Source: Planctomycetota bacterium (GTDB taxonomy: Bacteria; Planctomycetota; B15-G4). From it: 64,000 nt of DNA. Shown in pieces: positions 38,818-48,061 of this stretch (position 1 is the first letter of the stretch; each line of letters starts with the position of its first letter). A program made the translations under genes and the position numbers. The DNA lies in contig JBBQUR010000004.1 in the NCBI GenBank assembly GCA_038212275.1, positions 96,001-160,000 of the forward strand, written 5' to 3'. The notes beneath the pieces are model-generated. The model saw nothing but the letters and a program-made list of their open reading frames with translations. It did not search any database and was not told the DNA's origin.

Positions 38818-40496
38818 GTCGCATGTCCGCCGCGACAGAATCTGCCTCCGCGAAGACACCCGTTGCGCGGGGACGCCTGCGCCCCTGGCTGCTGGGCGCT
38901 GCGGGCGTTGCGCTGCTGCTCGCGGCGTTCCCGCCGCTGTCGCTCTGGCCGCTCGCGATGCTCGTGCCATGGCCGCTCACGCTCCTCGCCCTCGAAGCGC
39001 CGACCGGCGGTGCCGCCTTCCGGCGACTGTACGTGGCGGGCCTGCCCTTCTTTCTGCTGGGCACCGCGTGGCTGGCGGAGACGGCGGCCATCAACCTCGT
39101 GCTGGTCTCCGTCGCGGAGGCCGGCTGGATCGGCTTCTACGGCTGGATCGCTTGGCGCTGCTTCGGCGACCGCGCGCGCGGAGGCCGGCTCGGCTTCATG
39201 CCCGTGCTGCCACTGCTCTGGACCACGCACGAGTTGCTCCGACTCAAGGGACCGTTGTCGGGCTACCCGTGGTTGCTGCTCGGACACGCGCTCGCGCGCA
39301 GCCCGATCGCCGTGCAGTCGGCGGATCTCGGCGGCGTGCTGCTCGTGTCCTTCGTCGGTGCGTGCGGCTCGGCGGCGGTGCTTGCGTGGCGCGCCGGGCA
39401 GCGCCGCGGGGCGGCTGCAGCGCTGGCCGTGCTGCTGCTCGCCGCGGGCTACGGCCTCGTGCGTCCGCTCACGCTGCACGAGCCGCAGCCGGGGCCGTTG
39501 CTTGCAGGCATCCAACCGGCCTTCCCGCAGCGCCTCAAGGATGACGGCGCCCGTGCGGACGAACGCTATCGGCGCTGCATCGAGTTGTCGTGGGCCGCGT
39601 TGCGCGCCGAGCCGCAGGCCGAGTTGCTCGTCTGGCCCGAGACGATGTGGCCGCTGCCGATGGGTGAGGGCAAGCCCGAGGATCGCTGGTGGCCGGGCTT
39701 CGGACCCAGGGAGGCCGCAGAGGATGAGGCGGCTGCGCTCGTGCCGCTGACCGCCGCCGGTCCGCTCGGCAGCCGCGCCTGCCCGCTGCTGCTCGGCACG
39801 CAGTACGTGCGCCTCGACGCGCAAGGCCGGATGCGCTCCTCCAACAGCGCGATGTACCTCGATGCGAAGGGCGGCCGCCTTGGCCGCTACGACAAGGTGA
39901 TGCTCGTGCCCGCCGGCGAGACCGTCCCGCTCAAGGACTGGTTGCCGGCGTCGCTGGAGCGCATGGTCGAGGACTGGATCTACGACTTCGCGGGCTACGT
40001 CATCGACCTGCAGCCCGGAACCGGGCCGGCGACCTTCGAGCTGCCTGCCGGCTCGACCGCCGACGGCCCGCCGATCACCTTCGGTGTCACCATCTGCTTC
40101 GAGAACGCCTACGGCAGTTACTGTCGCGAGTTCGTCCGGCAGGGCGCCGAGTTCCTCGTGAACCTTTCCAATGAAGCCTGGTTCGGCACATCCACGGAGT
40201 TCGACCAGATGGAGCTCCACTCCATCCTGCGCGCCGTGGAAACCCGCCGGGCCATGTTCAGGGTCACCAACTCGGGCGTCTCGTGCCTGGTCCGCCCGGA
40301 CGGGCGCGCGCCGCAGGGCGCCGACCGGCTCGTGGTGGACGGTCGCGACCGCGCCGTGGCCGGTACGTTCCGGGCGGCCGTGCCGCGCTACCGCGATGGG
40401 AGCCTCTACGTGCTCACGGGCGATGCTTTCGGCTGGCTCTGCCTGTCCGCCAGCGTCGCGCTGCTGCTCCGGCGACGCGGAGCGGTCCTTTCTTGA
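38814..40496 (+). CDS. lnt: Apolipoprotein N-acyltransferase
   Basis: TM domain with GYPW..LG, nitrilase triad WPE / YDK..LVP.GE / ICFE, SNEAWFG, RAVETRR. Confidence 0.94.
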   Translation: MSRMSAATESASAKTPVARGRLRPWLLGAAGVALLLAAFPPLSLWPLAMLVPWPLTLLALEAPTGGAAFRRLYVAGLPFFLLGTAWLAETAAINLVLVSVAEAGWIGFYGWIAWRCFGDRARGGRLGFMPVLPLLWTTHELLRLKGPLSGYPWLLLGHALARSPIAVQSADLGGVLLVSFVGACGSAAVLAWRAGQRRGAAAALAVLLLAAGYGLVRPLTLHEPQPGPLLAGIQPAFPQRLKDDGARADERYRRCIELSWAALRAEPQAELLVWPETMWPLPMGEGKPEDRWWPGFGPREAAEDEAAALVPLTAAGPLGSRACPLLLGTQYVRLDAQGRMRSSNSAMYLDAKGGRLGRYDKVMLVPAGETVPLKDWLPASLERMVEDWIYDFAGYVIDLQPGTGPATFELPAGSTADGPPITFGVTICFENAYGSYCREFVRQGAEFLVNLSNEAWFGTSTEFDQMELHSILRAVETRRAMFRVTNSGVSCLVRPDGRAPQGADRLVVDGRDRAVAGTFRAAVPRYRDGSLYVLTGDAFGWLCLSASVALLLRRRGAVLS

Positions 40497-40521
40497 CACT
40501 CCGCTGGCCCCTCACTATCGT
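40493..40521 (+). promoter_or_regulatory. Sigma70 promoter
   Basis: TTGACA-N17-TATCGT, 80 nt upstream of the ATG at 40602. Confidence 0.75.
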
Positions 40522-40601
40522 CCCGCTTCCCGTCGCGTGCTCATGGTGCTCATGAACACGCCCCGAACACGGGAATCACCCCGTTCTCTGCGAGTTCCTG
40601 C

Positions 40602-41453
40602 ATGAGCAGCATCGGCAAGATCTTTGTCGTGTTGAACCTCGTTCTTTCCCTGCTGGTCGTCGGCGCTGCCGGCTCCCTGCTGCGACAGACCGACGTCACC
40701 AAGGCCGACGTCGAGGCGAAGGCGAAACAGATCGCCAGCGTGCAGGCGCAGCTCGACGAGGCGAACACGAGTTTCGCCGCGCGCGAGCGCGAGCTGGCAG
40801 AAGGCAAGCAGCGCCTCGAGGAAGAGAAGAACGACCTCGAGGTCGCCAAGCAGAACCTCGAGCGCGACAACCAGAAGCTCGACCTCAACAACCAGCAGCT
40901 CCGCGACGACGTGACCAAGATCAACGGGCGCCTCGAGGCGCTCGAGTCGTCCTACACGACGACGCTGCAGCGCAGCCAGGAACTGGCCGACACGAACGAC
41001 CAGTTGCGCACCGAGGCGTTCAACGCCAAGGACGCGCAGCGTCAGGCCGAACTCGCGAAGCGCGAGCTGATGGACCAGATCGCCGCCGCGAAGGCCGAGG
41101 CCTCCAGCGCCGTGGAGCAGCTCGCGACCGTTTCGGCGACGAACAAGACCAACGAGGCGTTGCTCGAGGTGGCGGGGAAGAGCGGCTTCGATCCGACGGC
41201 CGTGCTCGCGATGCCGCGCATCGAGGCTCTCGTGGCCGAAGTCGACCCGACCTACGGCTTCGTGGTCCTGGACAAGGGCAAGCTCGACGACGTGCAGCGC
41301 GGCTTCACCTTCGAGGTGTATCGCGGCGGCACCTACCTCGGCCGCGTGAAGGTCGATGAGATCTTCGACAACTACTCCACCGCGCGCATCGAGCTCAAGG
41401 CTCCCGACGCGTCGATGCAGCGTTTCGACAAGGCTTCCACCTACCTCAACTGA
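40602..41453 (+). CDS. Membrane-anchored coiled-coil protein with C-terminal beta-barrel, unknown function
   Basis: N-terminal TM (GKIFVVLNLVLS), about 170 aa of heptads, C-terminal GFVVLDKG..D.V..G..FEVYR. Confidence 0.8.
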   Translation: MSSIGKIFVVLNLVLSLLVVGAAGSLLRQTDVTKADVEAKAKQIASVQAQLDEANTSFAARERELAEGKQRLEEEKNDLEVAKQNLERDNQKLDLNNQQLRDDVTKINGRLEALESSYTTTLQRSQELADTNDQLRTEAFNAKDAQRQAELAKRELMDQIAAAKAEASSAVEQLATVSATNKTNEALLEVAGKSGFDPTAVLAMPRIEALVAEVDPTYGFVVLDKGKLDDVQRGFTFEVYRGGTYLGRVKVDEIFDNYSTARIELKAPDASMQRFDKASTYLN

Positions 41454-41464
41454 GGGTTCCGACC

Positions 41465-41695
41465 ATGGCGAAGAAGCCTGCAAGTCTCCGCAAGGGCAAG
41501 GCCCGTCCGGCGAAGGATGCTGCTGTCGAGGCGAGCGCCGACTTCGAGGTGGAGGAAGACACCCCGGCCGTGGCCAAGCCGCCGATGGGTCTCGAGTCGG
41601 CATTGATCGGCGTGACGCTCGTCGCACTGGTCGCCGCGATGGTGCTGCTGCAGCTCAAGCTGCACTCGGCCTTCGGCAAGGGCTGGCCGGTCTGA
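41465..41695 (+). CDS. Small single-pass membrane protein
   Basis: GAGG SD, basic then acidic N-terminus, one TM helix; co-oriented with 40602. Confidence 0.7.
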   Translation: MAKKPASLRKGKARPAKDAAVEASADFEVEEDTPAVAKPPMGLESALIGVTLVALVAAMVLLQLKLHSAFGKGWPV

Positions 41696-41703
41696 TCCCG
41701 CTT

Positions 41704-41810
41704 GCCTGACCGCAGCCGCGCGGTGCCTGATCGCCCGGTGCCTGATCGCGGGCTGCCTGATCGCGCGGCGCCTGACCGCCTCCTGTCAGAGGCATGGCCC
41801 GCCTGATCGC
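41704..41810. repeat. Array of six GCCTGAYCGC motifs (four at 15-bp period)
   Basis: Copies start at 41704, 41725, 41740, 41755, 41770, 41801. Confidence 0.9.
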
Positions 41811-41871
41811 CCGCTCTCTGCGGCGCTTTCCCGTTCGCTGCGGCGCGCCGCCCGAAGCTCTCGCCAGGCGC

Positions 41872-41904
41872 TTGACGGCACGGCGCGTTAGGGCGATGTT
41901 AGGG
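41872..41904 (+). promoter_or_regulatory. imuA promoter with overlapping direct-repeat operator candidate
   Basis: -35 TTGACG at 41872; GTTAGGG-CGAT-GTTAGGG at 41887-41904 immediately before the ATG. Confidence 0.5.
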
Positions 41905-41906
41905 TC

Positions 41907-42584
41907 ATGCCCAGACGTCTGCCGGAACCGCCCGCCGCTCACTCCTCCTCGCCGCCGCGCACGGTCTCGTTGCCGGCGTTGCCGATGCTGCCGAGCGCCG
42001 AGGTCCCGTTCCTGTCGTCCGGCTGGGAGGCGCTGGATCGCCTGCTGGGCGGCGGCTGGCCCGCGGGCGTGCTCACGGAGGTCGTGGGACGCGGACGCAC
42101 CAGCCTGGCGCTTGCGGCCGTACGCCAGGCCCAGTCCGCGGGGCAGCCCGTGGCCTGGGTGGATGGTCCGGGAACGTTCTGCCCGCCGACCGCGAGCGTG
42201 GACCTCGCGCACCTGGCGCTCGTCCGTCCCCCGCGCACGGCCGGCGCAGCCACGGGAGCACGCGCCGCGACGCGTTGCTGGCTGGCCGGCGACCTGCTGC
42301 TGCGCAGCCGCGCCTTCGGACTGCTGGTGCTCGACCTGCCGCCGTGTCGGCCGTCGCTCGCTGTGTGCTTCCGGCTCGCGCGCCAGGCCGCCGCGGCGCG
42401 CACCGTGCTCCTGCTGCTCTCGGAAGCCGAGAGCGGCGTGGCGGGCTCCGCCGCCGGCGTGGCCGTGCTCGTGCGCCAGCAGCATCACGACTGGTCGCGA
42501 CGCACGCTCCCTCCGCCTCCCGCGCTGGAGCTCACCCTGCGGCGATATCGCGGCGGGGCGTCCGGCGCCTGCGTCGTGCTCTGA
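41907..42584 (+). CDS. imuA: ImuA / RecA-like mutasome accessory protein
   Basis: SGWEALDRLLGGGWP.G.LTEV, degenerate Walker A GRGRTSL, AWVD, LLVLDL; first gene before imuB-dnaE2. Confidence 0.82.
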   Translation: MPRRLPEPPAAHSSSPPRTVSLPALPMLPSAEVPFLSSGWEALDRLLGGGWPAGVLTEVVGRGRTSLALAAVRQAQSAGQPVAWVDGPGTFCPPTASVDLAHLALVRPPRTAGAATGARAATRCWLAGDLLLRSRAFGLLVLDLPPCRPSLAVCFRLARQAAAARTVLLLLSEAESGVAGSAAGVAVLVRQQHHDWSRRTLPPPPALELTLRRYRGGASGACVVL

Positions 42585-42586
42585 GC

Positions 42587-43921
42587 ATGCTCGCCTGCGT
42601 GCTGCTTGCAGATGCCGATGCGGCGCTTGCCCGGCGCCTCTTCGCCGTCTCGCCGAGCATGGCGTGCGACGGCGCGTGCGTGTTCCTCGATCTGCGCGGC
42701 CTGCAGCGGCTCCATCGCCATCCGGCCGGAGTCTTCGCGGCCATCCGCTCCGCACTGGCGCCGCAGGTTCCGCTGGGCATGGCACTTGCCGACAACCGCT
42801 TCACGGCGGAGATTGCCGCGCGTCACGGCCATGGCCCCGTCACGGTGCGCACCGGCGAGGAGGCGGCCTTCCTGGCGCACCTGCCGCTGGACGTGCTGCC
42901 GCTGCCGCACGCGCTCGCGCAGCGCCTGCTGCCGCTCGGCCTGCGCACGCTGGGTGATTTCGCATCGCTGCCGCGCGCGGCGGTCGAGCGTCGTTATGGC
43001 GCCGAAGGGCTGGCCTTGCACCGCCTGGCCTGCGGGCAGGATCGTCGCGAACTGCTGCCGCAGCGCGAGACGCGCGTCCTGTCGGTGCTGGTTGCGCTGG
43101 AGTGCCCGGTCGATCGCCTGGCGCTGCTGCTGCCCGCGCTGGAAACCGCGCTCGCGCAGCTCTGCGAGTGGGTGGCCGAGCAGGGTTGCGGCATCGTGCA
43201 ACTGGCGCTGGAGGTCGTGCTCGATCACGCGCTGGCCTCCGCCGACGAAGGCGCGGGGGAACCTGCCGCTGCGGGCGGCGCAGGGCTCGCGACATGGACC
43301 GTTGCGCTGCCGGAACCGGAGGCCCGCATGGCGCTGCTGCTGGAGCTGCTGCGCGGGCGCCTGGAGGCGGCGCCGCCCGGCGCGCCGGTCACGGCGCTGC
43401 GCCTGCACGCCCTGCGCACGGAGCCGCGCACCGGTCACCAGAACAACCTCTTCGGAGAGGTTGCACGCGACGCCACGCGACGCAGAGAGGCGCTGGCCCG
43501 GCTCGCGGCGCTCTTCGGTCCGCGCGCCGTGAGCACGCCGCAGGTCCAACGGGCGCACCGTCTCGAGCAGCGCTGGCATGTGCCCGACGAAGGCGCCGCC
43601 GCTGCGCCCGCTGCCGCACCCGCGCGCCCGCCCTTGCCGCCGAGTTCGGCGCCGACCTCGGCATCTCATGCCTTGCGCTGGTTGCCGGAGCCGGAGGAAC
43701 TCGTGCCGGTGCTCGCCCGCGGCAGGCTGGCGGCCTTCCGCCGCGGGCGGCAGGAACTGCGCGTGGTGCGATTCTCGGGGCCGCGCCGCCTGACCGGCGG
43801 CTGGTGGAAGCAGCCGTGGGTGCGCGACGAGTACGAACTGCTCACCGACGACGGTGCGCTTTACCGCGTCTGTCGTGACGGCGTGCGCGAGCGCTGGCTG
43901 CTGCTCGCGGAACTGGACTGA
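42587..43921 (+). CDS. imuB: ImuB, catalytically inactive Y-family polymerase
   Basis: VFLDLRGL, LPL..LP, LGLRTLGDF, clamp-binding-like QNNLF, C-terminal GPRRLTGGWW..RDEY. Confidence 0.88.
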   Translation: MLACVLLADADAALARRLFAVSPSMACDGACVFLDLRGLQRLHRHPAGVFAAIRSALAPQVPLGMALADNRFTAEIAARHGHGPVTVRTGEEAAFLAHLPLDVLPLPHALAQRLLPLGLRTLGDFASLPRAAVERRYGAEGLALHRLACGQDRRELLPQRETRVLSVLVALECPVDRLALLLPALETALAQLCEWVAEQGCGIVQLALEVVLDHALASADEGAGEPAAAGGAGLATWTVALPEPEARMALLLELLRGRLEAAPPGAPVTALRLHALRTEPRTGHQNNLFGEVARDATRRREALARLAALFGPRAVSTPQVQRAHRLEQRWHVPDEGAAAAPAAAPARPPLPPSSAPTSASHALRWLPEPEELVPVLARGRLAAFRRGRQELRVVRFSGPRRLTGGWWKQPWVRDEYELLTDDGALYRVCRDGVRERWLLLAELD

Positions 43922-46900
43922 TGGCCGCCGTCGCACGCCCCGCAGCCGCTTATGCCGAACTGCAGTGCCAGTCGGCGTTCAGCTTCCTGCGCGGCGCCTC
44001 GGAACCCGAGACGCTCGTCGCGCGCGCCGCGGAACTCGGCTACGCGGCGCTCGCGCTCACGGACCGCGACGGCCTCTACGGCACGCCGCGTTTCCACAAG
44101 GCGGCTGCCGCGGCCGGCCTGCACGCGATCCACGGCATCACGCTCACGCTGTCCCGCGCCGCACGCCGGACAGCCAGCGCACCGGAAGCCAACACGGGCG
44201 CATTTGCACGCACCACGGTACGAACCGCGACACGCAGCACCGCGCGAACTCCAGCGCGCAGCTGGACACGCCCCGCGGACACGGCAGTTCCTCCGCGCAC
44301 CGAGGCCGGCTGCGACGGCAGCCCGGCGACGGCGGACGATCGCGTGGTCCTGCTGGCGGAAGACGACGCCGGCTGGAGCAGCCTGTGTCGGCTCAGCTCT
44401 GCGGCGCGGCACATCTCGCGTACCGCGCCGGTCACGCCGCTGGAGACGCTGGCGGCGCACCGCGCGGGCCTGCTTGCCCTCGCCGGCCCGCACCTGCCGG
44501 AGGCCGCCGTCACGGGCCTGCGCGAGGTCTTCGGACAGGACCGGCTGTTCCTCGCGATTCACGACCGGCTGCTGAAGCGCGACCTGCGCGGGCAGGCGTT
44601 GCAACGCGAGCGCTCGGCGCGCTTCGGCGTGCCGCTGCTCGTCACCGGTGGCGTGCGCTTCGCGCGCCGCGCCGACAAGCCCGTGCACGACGTGCTCACC
44701 TGCGTGCGCCACAAGCTCGACCTCGAGGCGGCCGGCACGCGCCTGCTGCCCAATGCGGAGTTCTGCCTGCGACCGATCGCGGAGCTGGCAGCACTGTTCC
44801 GCCATTGCCCGGACGCGCTGGCCCGCACGCTCGCGGTGGCCGAACGCTGCCGCTTCGACCTCGCGCGCCTCGCGTACCGCTTCCCGACCTTTGCGCCGCC
44901 GCCTGGCGAGACCTCCTCCTCGTACCTGCGCGCCCTGGTGCAGGCCGGCGCACACCGTCGCTATCGTCCCCTGCACGACGCCGCCGCACGGCAGATCGCG
45001 CGCGAGCTGGAGCTCATCGAACGCCTCGACCTGGCGGGCTACTTCCTGCTCGTGCACGAGATCGTGCGCTTCTGCGAGGACAACGACATCCTCTGCCAGG
45101 GCCGCGGCTCGGCCGCCAACAGCGCGGTGTGCTACGCGCTCGGCATCACTTCGGTGGACCCGGTGGGGATGGGACTGCTCTTCGAGCGCTTCCTCTCCGA
45201 GAACCGCGGCGAGATGCCGGACATCGATCTCGACATCGAGCACCAGCGGCGCGAGGAGGTGCTGCAGCATGTCTATGCGCGCTACGGACGCGACCACGCC
45301 GCGCTGGCGGCCGAGGTGGTCAGCTACCGTGCGCGCTCGGCGGTGCGCGATGCCGGCAAGGCGCTGGGCTTCACGCTGGCGGAGGTCGAGAGTCTTGCCT
45401 CCGGCCTCGAGCGCCGCCACGACGGCGACAGCGGCGAATTGCCCGCCGGGTGGACGCAGCATCGCGACGATCCGCGCGTGCCGCACCTGCTGCGCCTCGT
45501 GGCCGCGCTGTCGGGCCTGCCGCGCCACCTGTCCATCCATGTCGGCGGCATGATCATCACGGGGCCGCCGCTCACCGATGTCATGCCGGTGGAGCCCGCC
45601 GCGATGCCCGGCCGCACCGTCGTGCCCTGGGACAAGGACGACCTCTCCGCTCTGGGCATCCTGAAGATCGACCTGCTGGGCCTCGGCATGCTCAGCGTGC
45701 TGGCGCGCAGCTTCCGCCTCGTGAACGCCTTTCCGACGGAGGCCCCGGGCCGCGACGCTTTTCCGCCGCCCGAGCCGCTGGCGCTGCACACCGTGCCCTC
45801 CGACGACACGGCGACGTGGGAGCTGCTCTGCCGCGCCGACACGGTGGGCGTGTTCCAGGTGGAATCGCGCGCGCAGATGAACTGCCTGCCGCGCCTGCGG
45901 CCGCGCTGTTTCTACGACCTCGTCGTGGAGGTGGCGCTCATCCGCCCCGGGCCGATCCACGGCGACATGGTGCATCCCTACCTGCGTCGTCGCGCGGGCC
46001 GTGAGGCCGTGACGTATCCGCACCCGAGCCTGCGGCCCATCCTCGAGCGCACGCTCGGCGTGCCGCTCTTCCAGGAACAGGGCATGCGCATCGCGATGAG
46101 CGCGGCCGGCTTCACCGGCAGCGAGGCCGACGAGTTGCGCCGCGCGATGGGCCACAAGCGCAGCCACGCGCGCATGGCCGAGTTGTCCCGGCGCCTGATC
46201 GACGGTCTCGTGGCGCACGGCATCCCGCACGACGCGGCGCAGACCATCAACCACCAGCTGGCCGCCTTCGCCGACTACGGCTTCCCCGAATCGCACGCGG
46301 CCTCCTTCGCGCGGCTGGCGTGGGCCTCGGCCTGGTTGAAGGCGCACCATCCGGCGCACTTCCTCTGCGCGCTGCTCAACAGCCAGCCGATGGGCTTCTA
46401 CGCGCCCGCCGTGCTGGTCAGCGACAGCCAGCGCCACGGCGTGACCGTGCTGCCGGTGGACGTGCTGCAGAGCGACTGGGACAGCCGGCTGCAGTGGGTG
46501 GAGGTGCAGACCGCGCCGACCGTCCGGAACGGTGCGGCGCGGACTGCCTCCCTCCAGCTGCGACGTGCGCTGCGGGGCGCACGCCTGCAGTCCGGTGGGA
46601 CAGGCGTCCCGGACACGGCCATCGCGGGTGATGTTTCAAGGAACTCGGCACGCGCCGGGGGCGCCCCGAAGGAAGAGTCGGCAGCGCCCGCTCCGGATTA
46701 CGCAGCCTCCGCAGAATCTTCGCGTGAGGCATGGGGCAGCGCCGGTGCTGGCGCCGAGAGCGAGGGAGAGAGCGCGGACGAGAGCGCGGTCCACGTCCGC
46801 GACGCGCGGTGCGATGCGGTGGGCGAAGCGCCACGCGGTTCGCGTCCGGTGCTCGGCGTGCGGCTCGGGCTGTGCACCGTGCGGGGCCTCGGGCCGGCGT

Positions 46901-47640
46901 GCGAGGCCGGCGTGCGCGCGGGACTCGCGTCGGTGGGGGCGCACGGGCCGTTCGTCAGCGCGGAGGACTTCGCGCGCAGGACAGGCCTCGAGCGTGCGCC
47001 GATGGAGTCGCTCGCACGTCTCGGTGCGCTGGAGGGTTTCGCGGCGCGGCGTCGCGATGCGCTGTGGGCCGTCGCACAGATGGCGCGGCGGGTGCCGGGA
47101 CCGCTGGCCGCGCCGCTGCCGCCCGAACGCGCGGTGCGGCTGCCGGACCAGGATGCGGCCGAGGTCGTGCGCGAAAACTATCGCGTCGGCGGCATCAGCG
47201 TGGAGCGCCATCCTCTGGAACTGCTGCGCGCGCAGCTCGACGCGGCCGGCGCCCTGCGCGCGCGCGATCTCCTCGCGGCGGACGGCGCAGGAAGATCGCG
47301 CGCGACTTCGCCACGCCCCGGTGGCGAAGGAACATCACGCGCGAACGCGCCGCGCCCCGGCGGCGAGGTGTGGGTGGCGGGCATGGTCATCTGCCGGCAG
47401 CGGCCGACCACGGCCAGGGGACTCACCTTCGTGACGCTCGAGGACGAGACCGGCTTCGTCAACCTCATCGTCGAACCGGTGCTGGCCGCGCGCGATCGCG
47501 ACGGATTGCACGCCTGCCTGCTGCTCGCGGTCGGTCGCCTGCAACGCGCGGACGGCGTGGTGAACATCAAGGCCACGCGCCTCATCTCCCTGGATCGCGG
47601 CGTGCCGATCGAAGGCGTCGCATCGCACGACTATCGCTGA
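43921..47640 (+). CDS. dnaE2: Error-prone DNA polymerase DnaE2 (ImuC)
   Basis: PHP domain SAFSFLRGAS, CQGRGSAANS, LLFERF, catalytic PDIDLD, YGFPESHAASF, LLNSQPMGFY, C-terminal SHDYR. Confidence 0.96.
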   Translation: MAAVARPAAAYAELQCQSAFSFLRGASEPETLVARAAELGYAALALTDRDGLYGTPRFHKAAAAAGLHAIHGITLTLSRAARRTASAPEANTGAFARTTVRTATRSTARTPARSWTRPADTAVPPRTEAGCDGSPATADDRVVLLAEDDAGWSSLCRLSSAARHISRTAPVTPLETLAAHRAGLLALAGPHLPEAAVTGLREVFGQDRLFLAIHDRLLKRDLRGQALQRERSARFGVPLLVTGGVRFARRADKPVHDVLTCVRHKLDLEAAGTRLLPNAEFCLRPIAELAALFRHCPDALARTLAVAERCRFDLARLAYRFPTFAPPPGETSSSYLRALVQAGAHRRYRPLHDAAARQIARELELIERLDLAGYFLLVHEIVRFCEDNDILCQGRGSAANSAVCYALGITSVDPVGMGLLFERFLSENRGEMPDIDLDIEHQRREEVLQHVYARYGRDHAALAAEVVSYRARSAVRDAGKALGFTLAEVESLASGLERRHDGDSGELPAGWTQHRDDPRVPHLLRLVAALSGLPRHLSIHVGGMIITGPPLTDVMPVEPAAMPGRTVVPWDKDDLSALGILKIDLLGLGMLSVLARSFRLVNAFPTEAPGRDAFPPPEPLALHTVPSDDTATWELLCRADTVGVFQVESRAQMNCLPRLRPRCFYDLVVEVALIRPGPIHGDMVHPYLRRRAGREAVTYPHPSLRPILERTLGVPLFQEQGMRIAMSAAGFTGSEADELRRAMGHKRSHARMAELSRRLIDGLVAHGIPHDAAQTINHQLAAFADYGFPESHAASFARLAWASAWLKAHHPAHFLCALLNSQPMGFYAPAVLVSDSQRHGVTVLPVDVLQSDWDSRLQWVEVQTAPTVRNGAARTASLQLRRALRGARLQSGGTGVPDTAIAGDVSRNSARAGGAPKEESAAPAPDYAASAESSREAWGSAGAGAESEGESADESAVHVRDARCDAVGEAPRGSRPVLGVRLGLCTVRGLGPACEAGVRAGLASVGAHGPFVSAEDFARRTGLERAPMESLARLGALEGFAARRRDALWAVAQMARRVPGPLAAPLPPERAVRLPDQDAAEVVRENYRVGGISVERHPLELLRAQLDAAGALRARDLLAADGAGRSRATSPRPGGEGTSRANAPRPGGEVWVAGMVICRQRPTTARGLTFVTLEDETGFVNLIVEPVLAARDRDGLHACLLLAVGRLQRADGVVNIKATRLISLDRGVPIEGVASHDYR

Positions 47641-47671
47641 GGCCTGTCCCGCCGAGGACTGCCTGCGCAGC

Positions 47672-48061
47672 TCATGCGTACGAAAGCAGCCGGTAGGCCT
47701 CCATGATCCAGCCGGACGGTTGGCGCCGGAAAACGACGAGCTCGCTGCTGCCGACCATCGTGCTGGTCCGATGGCCTCGCGCCACGAGCGCCACCGATCG
47801 CGTGGCGTCGAAGAGCACGGGCGACAGCGTGATGAAACCGTCCGAGCAGAACGCGGCGCGCAGGCGATCCCAACCCGGCATGTCGTCCGCCACGCTGGCG
47901 CGCGTCACGAAGACCTCCGGCGCAGGGGCCGGGATGACTTCGGGTGCGCAGGCGCCGACGCTGACACTGGCGCCGACACCTGCGAGCATCGCGGCGAGAA
48001 GCCGTGCCGCCGCCAGCGGGGGCCGCGACTCCGGCGCGCTGCGCGGGGCTGTCTGCGTCAC
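47672..48061 (-). CDS. Small putative lipoprotein
   Basis: GTG overlaps upstream TGA; hydrophobic leader with lipobox-like VGAC. Confidence 0.5.
   Translation of the reverse strand: MTQTAPRSAPESRPPLAAARLLAAMLAGVGASVSVGACAPEVIPAPAPEVFVTRASVADDMPGWDRLRAAFCSDGFITLSPVLFDATRSVALVARGHRTSTMVGSSELVVFRRQPSGWIMEAYRLLSYA

Noticed and set aside
41704..41810. Possible CRISPR array
   Set aside because: 10-bp repeats with mostly 5-bp linkers are far too short, and there are no cas genes
46495..46850. Possible intein in DnaE2
   Set aside because: No N-terminal Cys/Ser block, no His-Asn/Cys junction, no endonuclease motifs; low-complexity sequence
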